DNA of 64,000 nucleotides from Candidatus Woesearchaeota archaeon (GTDB lineage: Archaea > Nanobdellota > Nanobdellia > Woesearchaeales > UBA10216). Positions 18,030-25,722 of this stretch are shown one piece after another. The translations under genes and the position numbers were made by a program. The notes beneath the pieces were generated by a model that was not told the origin of the DNA, ran no database searches, and saw only the letters and a list, made by a program, of their open reading frames with translations. The stretch is taken from assembly GCA_016184345.1 (NCBI GenBank), contig JACPCV010000006.1, positions 128,065 through 192,064 of the forward strand, given 5' to 3'. How positions within the stretch are numbered: the first letter of the stretch is position 1; every line of letters begins with the position of its first letter.

Positions 18030-19439
18030 ATGATGCTGGAGCTTTACAACACCCTAACCCGCAAGCAGGAACCCTTTAAGCCCCTCAAAGGCAAAAAGGT
18101 TGGGCTTTATAGTTGCGGGCCTACGTCGTACAATTATCCCCACATCGGCAACTACAGGGCTTATGTCTTTGTTGACCTGCTGAAGCGCTACCTTCTGTAC
18201 AATAGCTTTAAGGTAAAGCACGTCATGAACATTACTGATGTTGATGACAAGACAATAAGGGACAGCCAGAAGGAGGGCATCGGCCTGAAAGAGTTCACGG
18301 CAAGGTATGAGAAGGCATTTTTTGAGGACCTCAAATCCCTCAATATATTGCCTGCTGATAATTACCCAAAAGCTACCGAATACATCAGGGAAATGGTTGC
18401 AATAACCCAGGCACTGATGAAGAAAGGGCTTGCCTACAAGGGTGAGGACGGCTCAATCTACTACAACATCCGCAAGTTCAGGGATTACGGCAGGCTTGCC
18501 AACATTGACCTCAACAAGCTCAGGGCCGGCGCTTCAGGAAGGGTGAAGAAGGACGAATACGAAAAGGACAACATCCAGGACTTCGCATTGTGGAAGGCTT
18601 ACGATAAAGCCGACGGCAATGTTTTCTGGGAAACGCCAGTTGGGAAAGGCAGGCCGGGCTGGCACATTGAATGCTCTGCCATGTCCATAAAAAACCTTGG
18701 CAAGACGTTTGACATCCACTGCGGCGGCATAGATCTGATATTTCCCCACCACCAGAACGAGATTGCCCAGTCAGAGGGCTGGACCGGGAAGAAATTCGTT
18801 AACTACTGGTTGCATAACGAGTGGCTTCTAGTCAACGGCCAGAAAATGAGCAAGTCGCTCGGCAATTTCTACACGCTCAGGGACATGTTGGCTAAAGGGT
18901 TCCCTGCTGTTGCCGTGCGCTATCTACTGCTGTCAACCCACTACCGCCAGCAGCTCAACTTCACGTTTGAAGGCATTGACGCTGCAAAGGCATCGGTAGA
19001 GCGCCTTAATGAGCTTATCAGAAAGCTCCAGGACATAAAAGGCAGCAGCAAAAGTGGCGTTTTAATCAGGAAAGAAATCACTGCTGCAGAAGCTGCGTTT
19101 GAAAAAGCAATGGACGACGACCTTAACACAAGCGAAGCCCTTGCTGCTGTATTTGAGCTTGTCAAGAGCATCAACCAGCACATTGGCAACAGCAGCATTG
19201 ACAAAAAATCAGCGGAAGAAGCCCTGAAATTCCTTGAGAAAGTTGACAGCGTGCTGGGCGTAATGAATTTTTCCAGAGAGGAAAAGCTGCCGGAAGGGCT
19301 GATGAAACTGATTGACGAAAGGGAAAAACTGAGGAAATCGGGAAACTTCGCTGCTGCAGACAAAATTCGCTCGCAACTGCGGGAAAAAGGCATCCAGCTT
19401 GACGACACTCCCGAAGGTGTAAGGTGGAAGAGACTATAA
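18030..19439 (+). CDS. cysS: Cysteine--tRNA ligase
   Basis: HIGNYRAY (HIGH), GWHIECSAM, KMSKSLGN (KMSKS). 469 aa. Confidence 0.93.
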   Translation: MMLELYNTLTRKQEPFKPLKGKKVGLYSCGPTSYNYPHIGNYRAYVFVDLLKRYLLYNSFKVKHVMNITDVDDKTIRDSQKEGIGLKEFTARYEKAFFEDLKSLNILPADNYPKATEYIREMVAITQALMKKGLAYKGEDGSIYYNIRKFRDYGRLANIDLNKLRAGASGRVKKDEYEKDNIQDFALWKAYDKADGNVFWETPVGKGRPGWHIECSAMSIKNLGKTFDIHCGGIDLIFPHHQNEIAQSEGWTGKKFVNYWLHNEWLLVNGQKMSKSLGNFYTLRDMLAKGFPAVAVRYLLLSTHYRQQLNFTFEGIDAAKASVERLNELIRKLQDIKGSSKSGVLIRKEITAAEAAFEKAMDDDLNTSEALAAVFELVKSINQHIGNSSIDKKSAEEALKFLEKVDSVLGVMNFSREEKLPEGLMKLIDEREKLRKSGNFAAADKIRSQLREKGIQLDDTPEGVRWKRL

Positions 19440-19573
19440 TGATGCCTGCAGCATCAAAATATTAATAAACTCCTGTTGCTATGGCGCTATCAGAGGCAGG
19501 AACCCAAATCGAGGGATCTCGATTGGGCCCAGTCGAACTGTGTTCGACTTGGGATAAAAAGGGGTGTGTTATT

Positions 19574-20083
19574 TTGAAGAAAGTATTTGCAGCGCTTGTT
19601 GCCGTGCTTGCTGTAGGCACAGTTGGCTATGTCTTGATAGAGAAGATGCAGTTTCCTGACGCTTTGCTGTCTGCGGTTTCTGTGATGGCGACTGTTGGCA
19701 TTCCGGAAGGCCTTACTGCTGCAGGAAAGCTTTTCACAACCGCACTGATAATTGCCTCAGTCAGCATAATCATCACGGCTGTTTACAGGTTTTTCAACCC
19801 GCCAGTGGAAGAGGGTGAGGAAGCGCTTTCCGGCTTTTTCAGCCAGGCGCCGCAGCCGGAAAACCTCCTCATGAAAGAGCTCAGTATTACCGGCAAGAGC
19901 CCGCTTGCAGGCCTGCAAAAGGGCCAGATTATCCAGAAGTACGGCGTTGTTGTTGTTGGAGTGAAGCGCAAGGGCGGCTTTGACATAAACGTGCCCCTTA
20001 CAGCCAGGGTTAAAAGCGGCTCGTCAGTTATCGTTCTCGGAAGCCCTGCGACAATCCTTGGTGTTGAAAAGAAAAGAAAGTAG
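19574..20083 (+). CDS. Small 2-TM channel-like protein with C-terminal TrkA-C (RCK_C) domain
   Basis: TM1, a pore-like segment SVMATVGIPEG (degenerate TVGYG), and TM2. C-terminal LSITGKSPLAGLQKGQIIQKYGVVVVGVKRKG...GSSVIVLGSP is TrkA-C-like. TTG at 19574 with an AAAGGGG SD is preferred over the track's ATG at 19481. Confidence 0.5.
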   Translation: MKKVFAALVAVLAVGTVGYVLIEKMQFPDALLSAVSVMATVGIPEGLTAAGKLFTTALIIASVSIIITAVYRFFNPPVEEGEEALSGFFSQAPQPENLLMKELSITGKSPLAGLQKGQIIQKYGVVVVGVKRKGGFDINVPLTARVKSGSSVIVLGSPATILGVEKKRK

Positions 20084-20092
20084 GTTTCTGTC

Positions 20093-20431
20093 ATGTACCT
20101 GAGAAAGCGCTACGGAGAGTCGCGAATTGATGGCTGCCCGTTCTGCGGCAAGCCTTCAACTTCCAAGAACAGCCAGGGTGTTCCTGTTTGCATTGCCCAT
20201 AAGAAGCTCCTGCTTGACGGGCTTCGCTGCGTATGCGGCAGCTTTCTTGACGTCATGGCAGGCAAGTGGGGCGCGTACTGCCGCTGTCCGAAATGCGGAA
20301 ACGTTAATTTCAAGAGGGCATTGGAGATGAACCCGAACCTTCTGAAGCCGCAGGTGCCTAAACCACAAAAGTCATCAGAAAAAAAGAAGGAAGTTGTAAT
20401 TCGCTCTGACGAGCTGCACTTGTATTACTAA
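20093..20431 (+). CDS. Zinc-ribbon protein (topoisomerase-type C4 finger-like), hypothetical
   Basis: CPFCG...CIAH and CVCG...CPKCG cysteine pairs. Basic C-terminus. Confidence 0.5.
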   Translation: MYLRKRYGESRIDGCPFCGKPSTSKNSQGVPVCIAHKKLLLDGLRCVCGSFLDVMAGKWGAYCRCPKCGNVNFKRALEMNPNLLKPQVPKPQKSSEKKKEVVIRSDELHLYY

Positions 20432-22851
20432 AACACCATCTGCAGCTCGCTGCCGTAAGTTATCTTTGCAATGTTGTGCGCTGCCTTCAAATCGCTTTCT
20501 ATCAGCTTGAACTTTTCCGGAATGGCTGCCTCTTTAATCTCGGCCTTCAGCGAGAGCTGCTTTTCTTTCTTCTGCTTCCAGATTTCGCTGTCCAGCGCTT
20601 CCAGCTCTGCCCCTGTAAATCCTGCAAGCTTGTAATCTTCTGCGGCAGGGAATTTTTCAAAGTGCACGTCCTTGCCGTACAGGTCGTTGTACAGCTTGTA
20701 GGTTATCATGGGCACTATGGGTGCCATTACCAGCAGCAGCCTTTCCATGCAGTAGTGCAGGGTTGCAATGGCAGCGTTTTGCTCTTCTTCAGGGAATTTG
20801 CCTTCGCTGTTGTAAGCCCTGTTCTTTGCCAGCTCAAGGTAGTGCGATGCAAACGTCTCCCAGAGGAAATGCTTTGCCTTCTGTGAAGGGTTGTGGAAGT
20901 CATACTGCTCATACCCTTTGGCAGCTTCTTCCAGCAGGTCGTTGGCCTCGTGCCTTATCCACTCATCCAAAGGCTGAAGCTTGGCTTTGCCCTTTGGCTT
21001 TTCAAACATGGAAACAAACCTTGCCGCATTCCAAAGCTTGACTATAGTTTTGCCGGCTCCGTCAATCCTGTCAAATGCACAGCGCAAGTCACCGATAGTG
21101 ATGTTGCCTTCAATTGCAGTCCAAAGCCTGAATGGTTCTGCACCATATTTCTCAATAATATCGTGCGGGTCAATCACATTTCCCTTGCGCTTGCTCATCT
21201 TCTTTCCAGCCAGGTCGACAACATGGTAGTGAATCCATGCATCGTCAAAGGCTGGCTTGTCTGTCAGGAGGTATGCCTTCAGTAGCGTATAGTAAAGCCA
21301 TGTTCTTACGATTTCTTTTCCTTGCGGCCTCAGCGTGCACGGGAAGTTTTTCCTGAAGAAAGCATCATCCCTGTTGTATTTCAGAACATAAAGCGGTGTG
21401 TTGCTGCTGTCAAACCATGTGTCAAGCACCCTTGTCTCCCCTTCAAACTCCTTATTGCCGCACTTGGCGCACTTTTCAACAGGGGCTTTCTCCTTCCACG
21501 GCTGGTAGTATTTGCCTTTTGGGGGCACAACCGCTTCACGGCACTTCCTGCAGTACCACAGCGGAATCTCTGTCGCATAGTATCTCCTTCTTGAGATTGG
21601 CCAGTCAATCGAAACAGAGTTTATCCAGTCTATCAGCATCTGCCTGCTTGACTCTGCGTAGAATTTGAGTTCGCCAGCAATCTTGAGCATCTTTTCCTTG
21701 AATTCAATCTGCCTGACGTAGAATTCCTTCATCTGTATGAACTCAACGTGGTCTCCTGACCTTTCGCAGACCGGGGTGCGGTGCACTGTTGGTGTTTGCT
21801 TTACCAGCAGCCCCTTGTTTTGCAGCTCTGCTGTCATTGCTGCCCTTGCATCCTTAATCCTCATCCCCTTTAGGAATCCTGCATTCTCATTCATGGTGCC
21901 GTCAAGGCTGATTGAGATTATAGGAGCAAGCCCTACCTCCCTTGCGAACCTTATGTCTGCTGTATCACCGGCAGTGCACATCATCACCAGCCCGGTGCCT
22001 TTGTCAATGGCTGCCTGCGGGTGGGCCATTATCTTTACTTCCCTGTTGTAGATTGGCGTCAGGGCTGTCTTTCCTGCCAGCTTCTTGTACCGTTCATCTT
22101 CCGGGTTGAATATGACTGCTATGCAGCTTGCAATGAGCTCAGGCCTTGTTGTGCCGATTATGATGTCTTCTTTTGTTTCCTTTACCTTGAACTTTACCTC
22201 GTTCCAGCTGCTGTTGATTTCAGCATAGTCGATTTCGGCATCTGCAATTGTTGTGCGGCAGCCCGGGCAGTAGTTGTTTATCCTCTCTTCCTCGTAAATC
22301 ATGCCCTTGCCCCACAAGTCAATGAACGTCTCCTGCGTCAGCTTCCTGTAATCTTCGCTGTCTGTCTCGTATACCTCTCCTATTCCTGTGCCTCTTTTCC
22401 ACGAGTTAAACCCTATTCCAAGCTTCAGGAAGCTGTCAACTGACGCTGTCCCGGCTTCTTCCAGCACCTGCCTGCATTTTTGCAGGAACTCCTCTCTTGA
22501 CAGTTGGTGGAATCTTATGTTGAACTTCTTCTCAGCAGCCATCTCAATCGGCAGCCCATTATTATCAAGCCCTAAGGGGAACAGGACGTTGAAGCCCTTC
22601 ATCCTTTTGTAGCGGGCAAACATGTCCATGAGAGAATAAGTTGTGGCGTGCCCAATGTGTATTGGCGTGTTCAAATACGGAGGCGGTGTGTCTATGGAAT
22701 AAACTTTGCCTTTAGCCGCAGCATTAAACTTATATGGCTCGTCCTTCTTCCACTTCCCGTAAACAGCAGCTTCCAGCTCCTTGGACCACTTCTTTTCAGA
22801 AATGCTAGGCTGCGGGAAGGACTTTTCGCCCTTATCGTCATTTGCAGTCAT
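20428..22851 (-). CDS. valS: Valine--tRNA ligase (class I aaRS; Val assignment from size and motifs)
   Basis: DTPPPYLNTPIHIGHATTY (HIGH), DWPISRRRYYATEIPLWYC, TWFDSS, KMSKRKGN (KMSKS). At 807 aa it fits ValRS rather than IleRS or LeuRS. Confidence 0.78.
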   Translation of the reverse strand: MTANDDKGEKSFPQPSISEKKWSKELEAAVYGKWKKDEPYKFNAAAKGKVYSIDTPPPYLNTPIHIGHATTYSLMDMFARYKRMKGFNVLFPLGLDNNGLPIEMAAEKKFNIRFHQLSREEFLQKCRQVLEEAGTASVDSFLKLGIGFNSWKRGTGIGEVYETDSEDYRKLTQETFIDLWGKGMIYEEERINNYCPGCRTTIADAEIDYAEINSSWNEVKFKVKETKEDIIIGTTRPELIASCIAVIFNPEDERYKKLAGKTALTPIYNREVKIMAHPQAAIDKGTGLVMMCTAGDTADIRFAREVGLAPIISISLDGTMNENAGFLKGMRIKDARAAMTAELQNKGLLVKQTPTVHRTPVCERSGDHVEFIQMKEFYVRQIEFKEKMLKIAGELKFYAESSRQMLIDWINSVSIDWPISRRRYYATEIPLWYCRKCREAVVPPKGKYYQPWKEKAPVEKCAKCGNKEFEGETRVLDTWFDSSNTPLYVLKYNRDDAFFRKNFPCTLRPQGKEIVRTWLYYTLLKAYLLTDKPAFDDAWIHYHVVDLAGKKMSKRKGNVIDPHDIIEKYGAEPFRLWTAIEGNITIGDLRCAFDRIDGAGKTIVKLWNAARFVSMFEKPKGKAKLQPLDEWIRHEANDLLEEAAKGYEQYDFHNPSQKAKHFLWETFASHYLELAKNRAYNSEGKFPEEEQNAAIATLHYCMERLLLVMAPIVPMITYKLYNDLYGKDVHFEKFPAAEDYKLAGFTGAELEALDSEIWKQKKEKQLSLKAEIKEAAIPEKFKLIESDLKAAHNIAKITYGSELQMVF

Positions 22852-22880
22852 TATTAACGATCAGGCAACGAAGCTGGTTT

Positions 22881-23338
22881 TTAAAGGTTGTTGTGAGCTT
22901 CAGCCAGTTTCTTCAGTTTCAGGTAAACAGCTTCCAGAAATTGCAAAACCTGCTTCGCGTAAGCAGCGTCAAATCTTTTGCCGTAATAGTTTATTCCATT
23001 CCGGAAATAGCGAAGATCGTTGGCAAATCTCACGTCTGGCTCTTAGAATCCCATATTTCGCAAGTAAGCCACTTCTGCCTCGTGCGCGTATGCCCCTCCG
23101 GACTTGAATCCGTCACGCAGCAGCTTGGCGCGGATGAGCTCCATAATCACGTCATAGGCTGCTTCAACATAATAGTTCGCATTTCATCTGAAAGCCCTAA
23201 TTTGCCGGCAATTTCCTTGAGAAAAGCTTTTCTTTTTTCTGCTTCCTCAACCAGAGAGGCAGAGCGTGGAAGGTCTCTTCTTTGCTTTTTGATGGTTCCA
23301 TCGCTGACAAATTCCTCAAAGCGCCTCAAGCTGTTCAT
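22881..23338 (-). pseudogene. HEPN-domain gene, disrupted (one frameshift near 23180-23195 and an in-frame TAA at 23043-23045)
   Basis: The 63-aa ORF (MNSLRRFEEFVSDGTIKKQ...) continues in another frame as NYYVEAAYDVIMELIRAKLLRDGFKSGGAYAHEAEVAYLRNMGF*EPDVRFANDLRYFRNGINYYGK...AEAHNNL*. Position is downstream of, and overlapping, the wHTH-NTase gene. Confidence 0.6.
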
Positions 23339-23880
23339 AGCCGCATTGCCCCTTTTAGGACTATCCCATTTATGATACTCTCTTTTAAGTTTTTGGTTAT
23401 GGCGGCAAGGCTTTCATAAAAATTCAGCCTTATTTCCCTTTGGAGAAGCTTGCTGAATCTTTCCAGTTCCAGCGCTTTTTCCTTGGAACCAATCACGGCC
23501 ATATCAACGTCTGAAGTGCTGGTGTCCTCTCCGAAGGAGTAGCTGCCGAAAAGCACAATGGCTGCTCCGGGGAAGCTATCGCCCAAATAATCCGCAAGCC
23601 CTGACTCATACACCGCCTTCAGGTTCTCTGCCCTCTTAAGATGAAAAACCCAGGGGTTGTCCCTGTTCAGCTTAATGGCAAGCCTTCCTGAGTCTCTGTC
23701 CTTTTCAACCTTAACAAGGCCTTCTTTTTCAAGCCCTTTCAGCGATTTCGCTATCGCTGTTGGTGATACGCTTAAAGCATTTGCCAGCGCCCTGCCTGTA
23801 AACGCCATCTCAGGCCTTGCAAACAGCCCATTAAGCACAGCCTGCTGGAGCTTTGTAAACTTTAGTTTATATCTATCCAT
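23335..23880 (-). CDS. wHTH-fused minimal nucleotidyltransferase (MNT-type, HEPN partner)
   Basis: N-terminal wHTH (FTGRALANALSVSPTAIAKSLKGLEKEGLV) and the NTase motif LFGSYSFGEDTSTSDVDMAV. Confidence 0.75.
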   Translation of the reverse strand: MDRYKLKFTKLQQAVLNGLFARPEMAFTGRALANALSVSPTAIAKSLKGLEKEGLVKVEKDRDSGRLAIKLNRDNPWVFHLKRAENLKAVYESGLADYLGDSFPGAAIVLFGSYSFGEDTSTSDVDMAVIGSKEKALELERFSKLLQREIRLNFYESLAAITKNLKESIINGIVLKGAMRL

Positions 23881-23912
23881 TTTAGTTTACATACGTAAAC
23901 TTTAGTTTATAT
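23855..23912. promoter_or_regulatory. 18-bp direct repeat gtaaactttagtttatat (23855-23872 and 23895-23912) plus a partial copy (23881-23890), spanning the MNT start codon and upstream region; candidate operator
   Basis: Exact 18-mer seen twice, 40 bp apart. One copy lies inside codons 3-8 of the wHTH-NTase gene, the other upstream of it. Confidence 0.55.
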
Positions 23913-23980
23913 ACTTTTCTGTTTTGAGCCATCCAAGCGCCAGCCCGGAGGCCCCAAAACGGGAAGGGGAGCAGAAATCC

Positions 23981-24048
23981 TCAGCCCTTGCCAATAACCA
24001 GCTTCCCGCTCTTCTCTTCAGCCTCCAGGTTGTCGCCTTCCTTCCAGC
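23981..24048 (-). pseudogene. 3' remnant (about 22 codons) of a SpoVT/AbrB-like small gene, paralogous to 24723-24884
   Basis: The reverse strand reads ...WKEGDNLEAEEKSGKLVIGKG*. About 70% nt identity to 24723-24790 (GWKEGDSLEGKEKKGELLIRKA*). No upstream coding continuation. Confidence 0.5.
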
Positions 24049-24268
24049 TTCAAAAAGCCCAGGACAATTTTTGACAGCTTTGCCTCATTAGTCCGTTTTT
24101 AAGCTGACTTCTGGGGCAGGCGGCTGACTTTTGGGGCAAGAAGCACTTTTAAGGCAAAGCCATTTTTGGCAAAAAGCTTATAAACTCATACTGTGAACAT
24201 TAGCAGATAGCAAAATGGAAACCGTAACTGTTTCAAAAAAGGAGTATCAGCGCCTGAAAAAGGCAGGC

Positions 24269-24604
24269 TTAAGCCGTGGGATTAGATTTATTTTGCTTTA
24301 CCCATTCTTCAACTTCTTGCCTGTAAATTTCCAGAAATTTCATGACGGTGTTTATTGCCGTTTGCTGGTCTTTTTTCTCGCTTATTGTTATGAGGTACAG
24401 GATAAGGCACTCTTTGTAAATCAGATAGTAGATGCGATATTTTTTGTATTTCTTCTCCCTGAAAAAGTCCGAATGCAGGGGTTTTCCCTCAAACGGGTTT
24501 TCTTTTAGCTTGTCCCTTATCTTTTCAATGGCTCTTTGAACATCGGGAGAAAGCTTTGCGAACTTCCTGTCAAAAAGCTCTGTTTTCAAAATCCTATAAG
24601 CCAT
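24269..24604 (-). CDS. RelE/ParE-superfamily toxin-like protein
   Basis: FDRKFAKLSPDVQRAIEKIRDKLKENPFEGKPL...YRIYYLIYKECLILYLITISEKKDQ matches the RelE/ParE fold pattern. Confidence 0.6.
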   Translation of the reverse strand: MAYRILKTELFDRKFAKLSPDVQRAIEKIRDKLKENPFEGKPLHSDFFREKKYKKYRIYYLIYKECLILYLITISEKKDQQTAINTVMKFLEIYRQEVEEWVKQNKSNPTA

Positions 24605-24722
24605 TGGTTCTTCTGGGATGAACTTATATTTAAACCCTAGACTTGGTTTATCTCAGAAATCCGGAAAATATTCAGGAAGCCGGGGCCGCAATCTCCTCAA
24701 GCTCCCATTTCGATTCCACCCA

Positions 24723-24884
24723 TCAAGCCTTCCTAATCAGCAATTCCCCTTTCTTCTCCTTACCTTCCAGACTGTCGCCTTCCTTCCAGCCCAGGGACTT
24801 GATGAGGTTTTCCTTGATGACTATGACGTACTTGAAGTACTGTTTGTCCTCAACGCGGTGGGTTTTCTGCTTCTGCAGCTTCAT
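24723..24884 (-). CDS. Small SpoVT/AbrB-like protein (53 aa), possible antitoxin
   Basis: Below the ORF-track size cutoff. Hand translation: MKLQKQKTHRVEDKQYFKYVIVIKENLIKSLGWKEGDSLEGKEKKGELLIRKA. A TTTATAAA box lies about 25 nt upstream of the ATG. Confidence 0.5.
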   Translation of the reverse strand: MKLQKQKTHRVEDKQYFKYVIVIKENLIKSLGWKEGDSLEGKEKKGELLIRKA

Positions 24885-24955
24885 GGCTTAACTTTGCTTA
24901 TCGCCGTTTATAAAGGCATTGGTACCCAAGAGCTTATCTCTATTAGCTGGGGAGC

Positions 24956-25049
24956 CAGCTGCGGTTGGCTTGCAGCCAACTCCTTTTCCCTCCCCTACGC
25001 TTAAGCGTGGGGAGGAGAAAAGAACCTAAGCGTTACTTAGGCGCAGCTG
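24956..25049 (+). repeat. Structured four-way-junction element, copy 1 (outer 8-bp stem + three hairpins)
   Basis: CAGCTGCG / GTTGGCT-tgc-AGCCAAC / TTTTCCCTCCCC(T)ACGC-ttaa-GCGTGGGGAGGAGAAAA / CCTAAG-cgtta-CTTAGG / CGCAGCTG. Same architecture as 32719-32809, with compensatory substitutions in the stems. Confidence 0.65.
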
Positions 25050-25100
25050 ACCTGAACAACCGGCAAACTCCGTGCCTGACATACATATTGCAATAAAAGG

Positions 25101-25118
25101 TATTTGGGTACCCAAATA
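25101..25118. promoter_or_regulatory. Perfect 18-bp palindrome TATTTGGGTACCCAAATA within a cluster of three GGTACCCAA copies
   Basis: Self-complementary 18-mer. GGTACCCAA also occurs at 24921-24929 and 25135-25143. Tandem aaatactt x2 at 25114-25129. Confidence 0.5.
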
Positions 25119-25182
25119 CTTAAATACTTGCTTAGGTACCCAACTTAGTGCAAAATGCCCCTCTACACCACCTACACCCATT

Positions 25183-25348
25183 CAGAAGCCATTCAGATAA
25201 TGAAATTTCTGATTTTATATGCCATTGCATTCATTGCAGCATTTGCGTGGTTGTGGTGGAGGAGTGGCTGTGGGGGCGGGGAGGTTCGCTGAAAGAATTA
25301 CGGCAGAAATAGGAAGAACCACTGGGCATTTCGGAATGTTTGCGAAAA
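25183..25348 (+). repeat. Island intergenic repeat R1, copy a
   Basis: Aligns with 26095-26240. The 66-nt core ggttcgctgaaagaattacRgcagaaataggaagaaccactgggcatttcggaatgtttgcgaaaa differs at one position. The left part starts cagaagccattcagata in both copies. Confidence 0.8.
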
Positions 25349-25470
25349 AATCATAGGTTCCACTGGACACTGGACACGTGCCTGCGCAGGATTTATTAAT
25401 AGCCCTTCGCGGTAAATATTTAACAGACGCTGAAAAGACAACCGAAAGTTTTATAAATGAGGCATGCTTA

Positions 25471-25722
25471 ATGAAGAATGAAATGATTGTAAGGATAAGC
25501 AAGGGACAGCAGATAACAATACCCTCAGAGTACAGGGTGGAGTTTGGCTGGCAGGTTGGAAGCAAAATTGAGCTTACTAAGGAGGGGAACAAGATAGTCA
25601 TAAAGCCAATTGGAGAAGACTTACAGAAGCTCTTTGAAGAGGCCCACAATATTAGGCCTAAATTCAGGCTCACTGCAAAGCAGATGGATGAAGTGGTTGA
25701 ACGTGAAATTCTTGGACGCTAA
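25471..25722 (+). CDS. AbrB/SpoVT-family antitoxin (VapB-like)
   Basis: MKNEMIVRISKGQQITIPSEYRVEFGWQVGSKIELTKEGNKIVIKP is a swapped-hairpin AbrB motif. Overlaps the PIN gene. Confidence 0.7.
   Translation: MKNEMIVRISKGQQITIPSEYRVEFGWQVGSKIELTKEGNKIVIKPIGEDLQKLFEEAHNIRPKFRLTAKQMDEVVEREILGR

Noticed and set aside
23043-23045. In-frame TAA in the HEPN gene as stop-codon recoding.
   Set aside because: TAA terminates many well-supported genes in this window (for example msrA and the R-M genes), and the same gene also carries a frameshift. Decay is the simpler explanation.
24956-25049. Reading the four-way-junction element as a tRNA or tRNA-like gene.
   Set aside because: The loops are only 3-5 nt, with no 7-nt anticodon loop, no T-loop (TTCRA) or D-loop GG, and no discriminator/CCA context. 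The cloverleaf resemblance is topological only.
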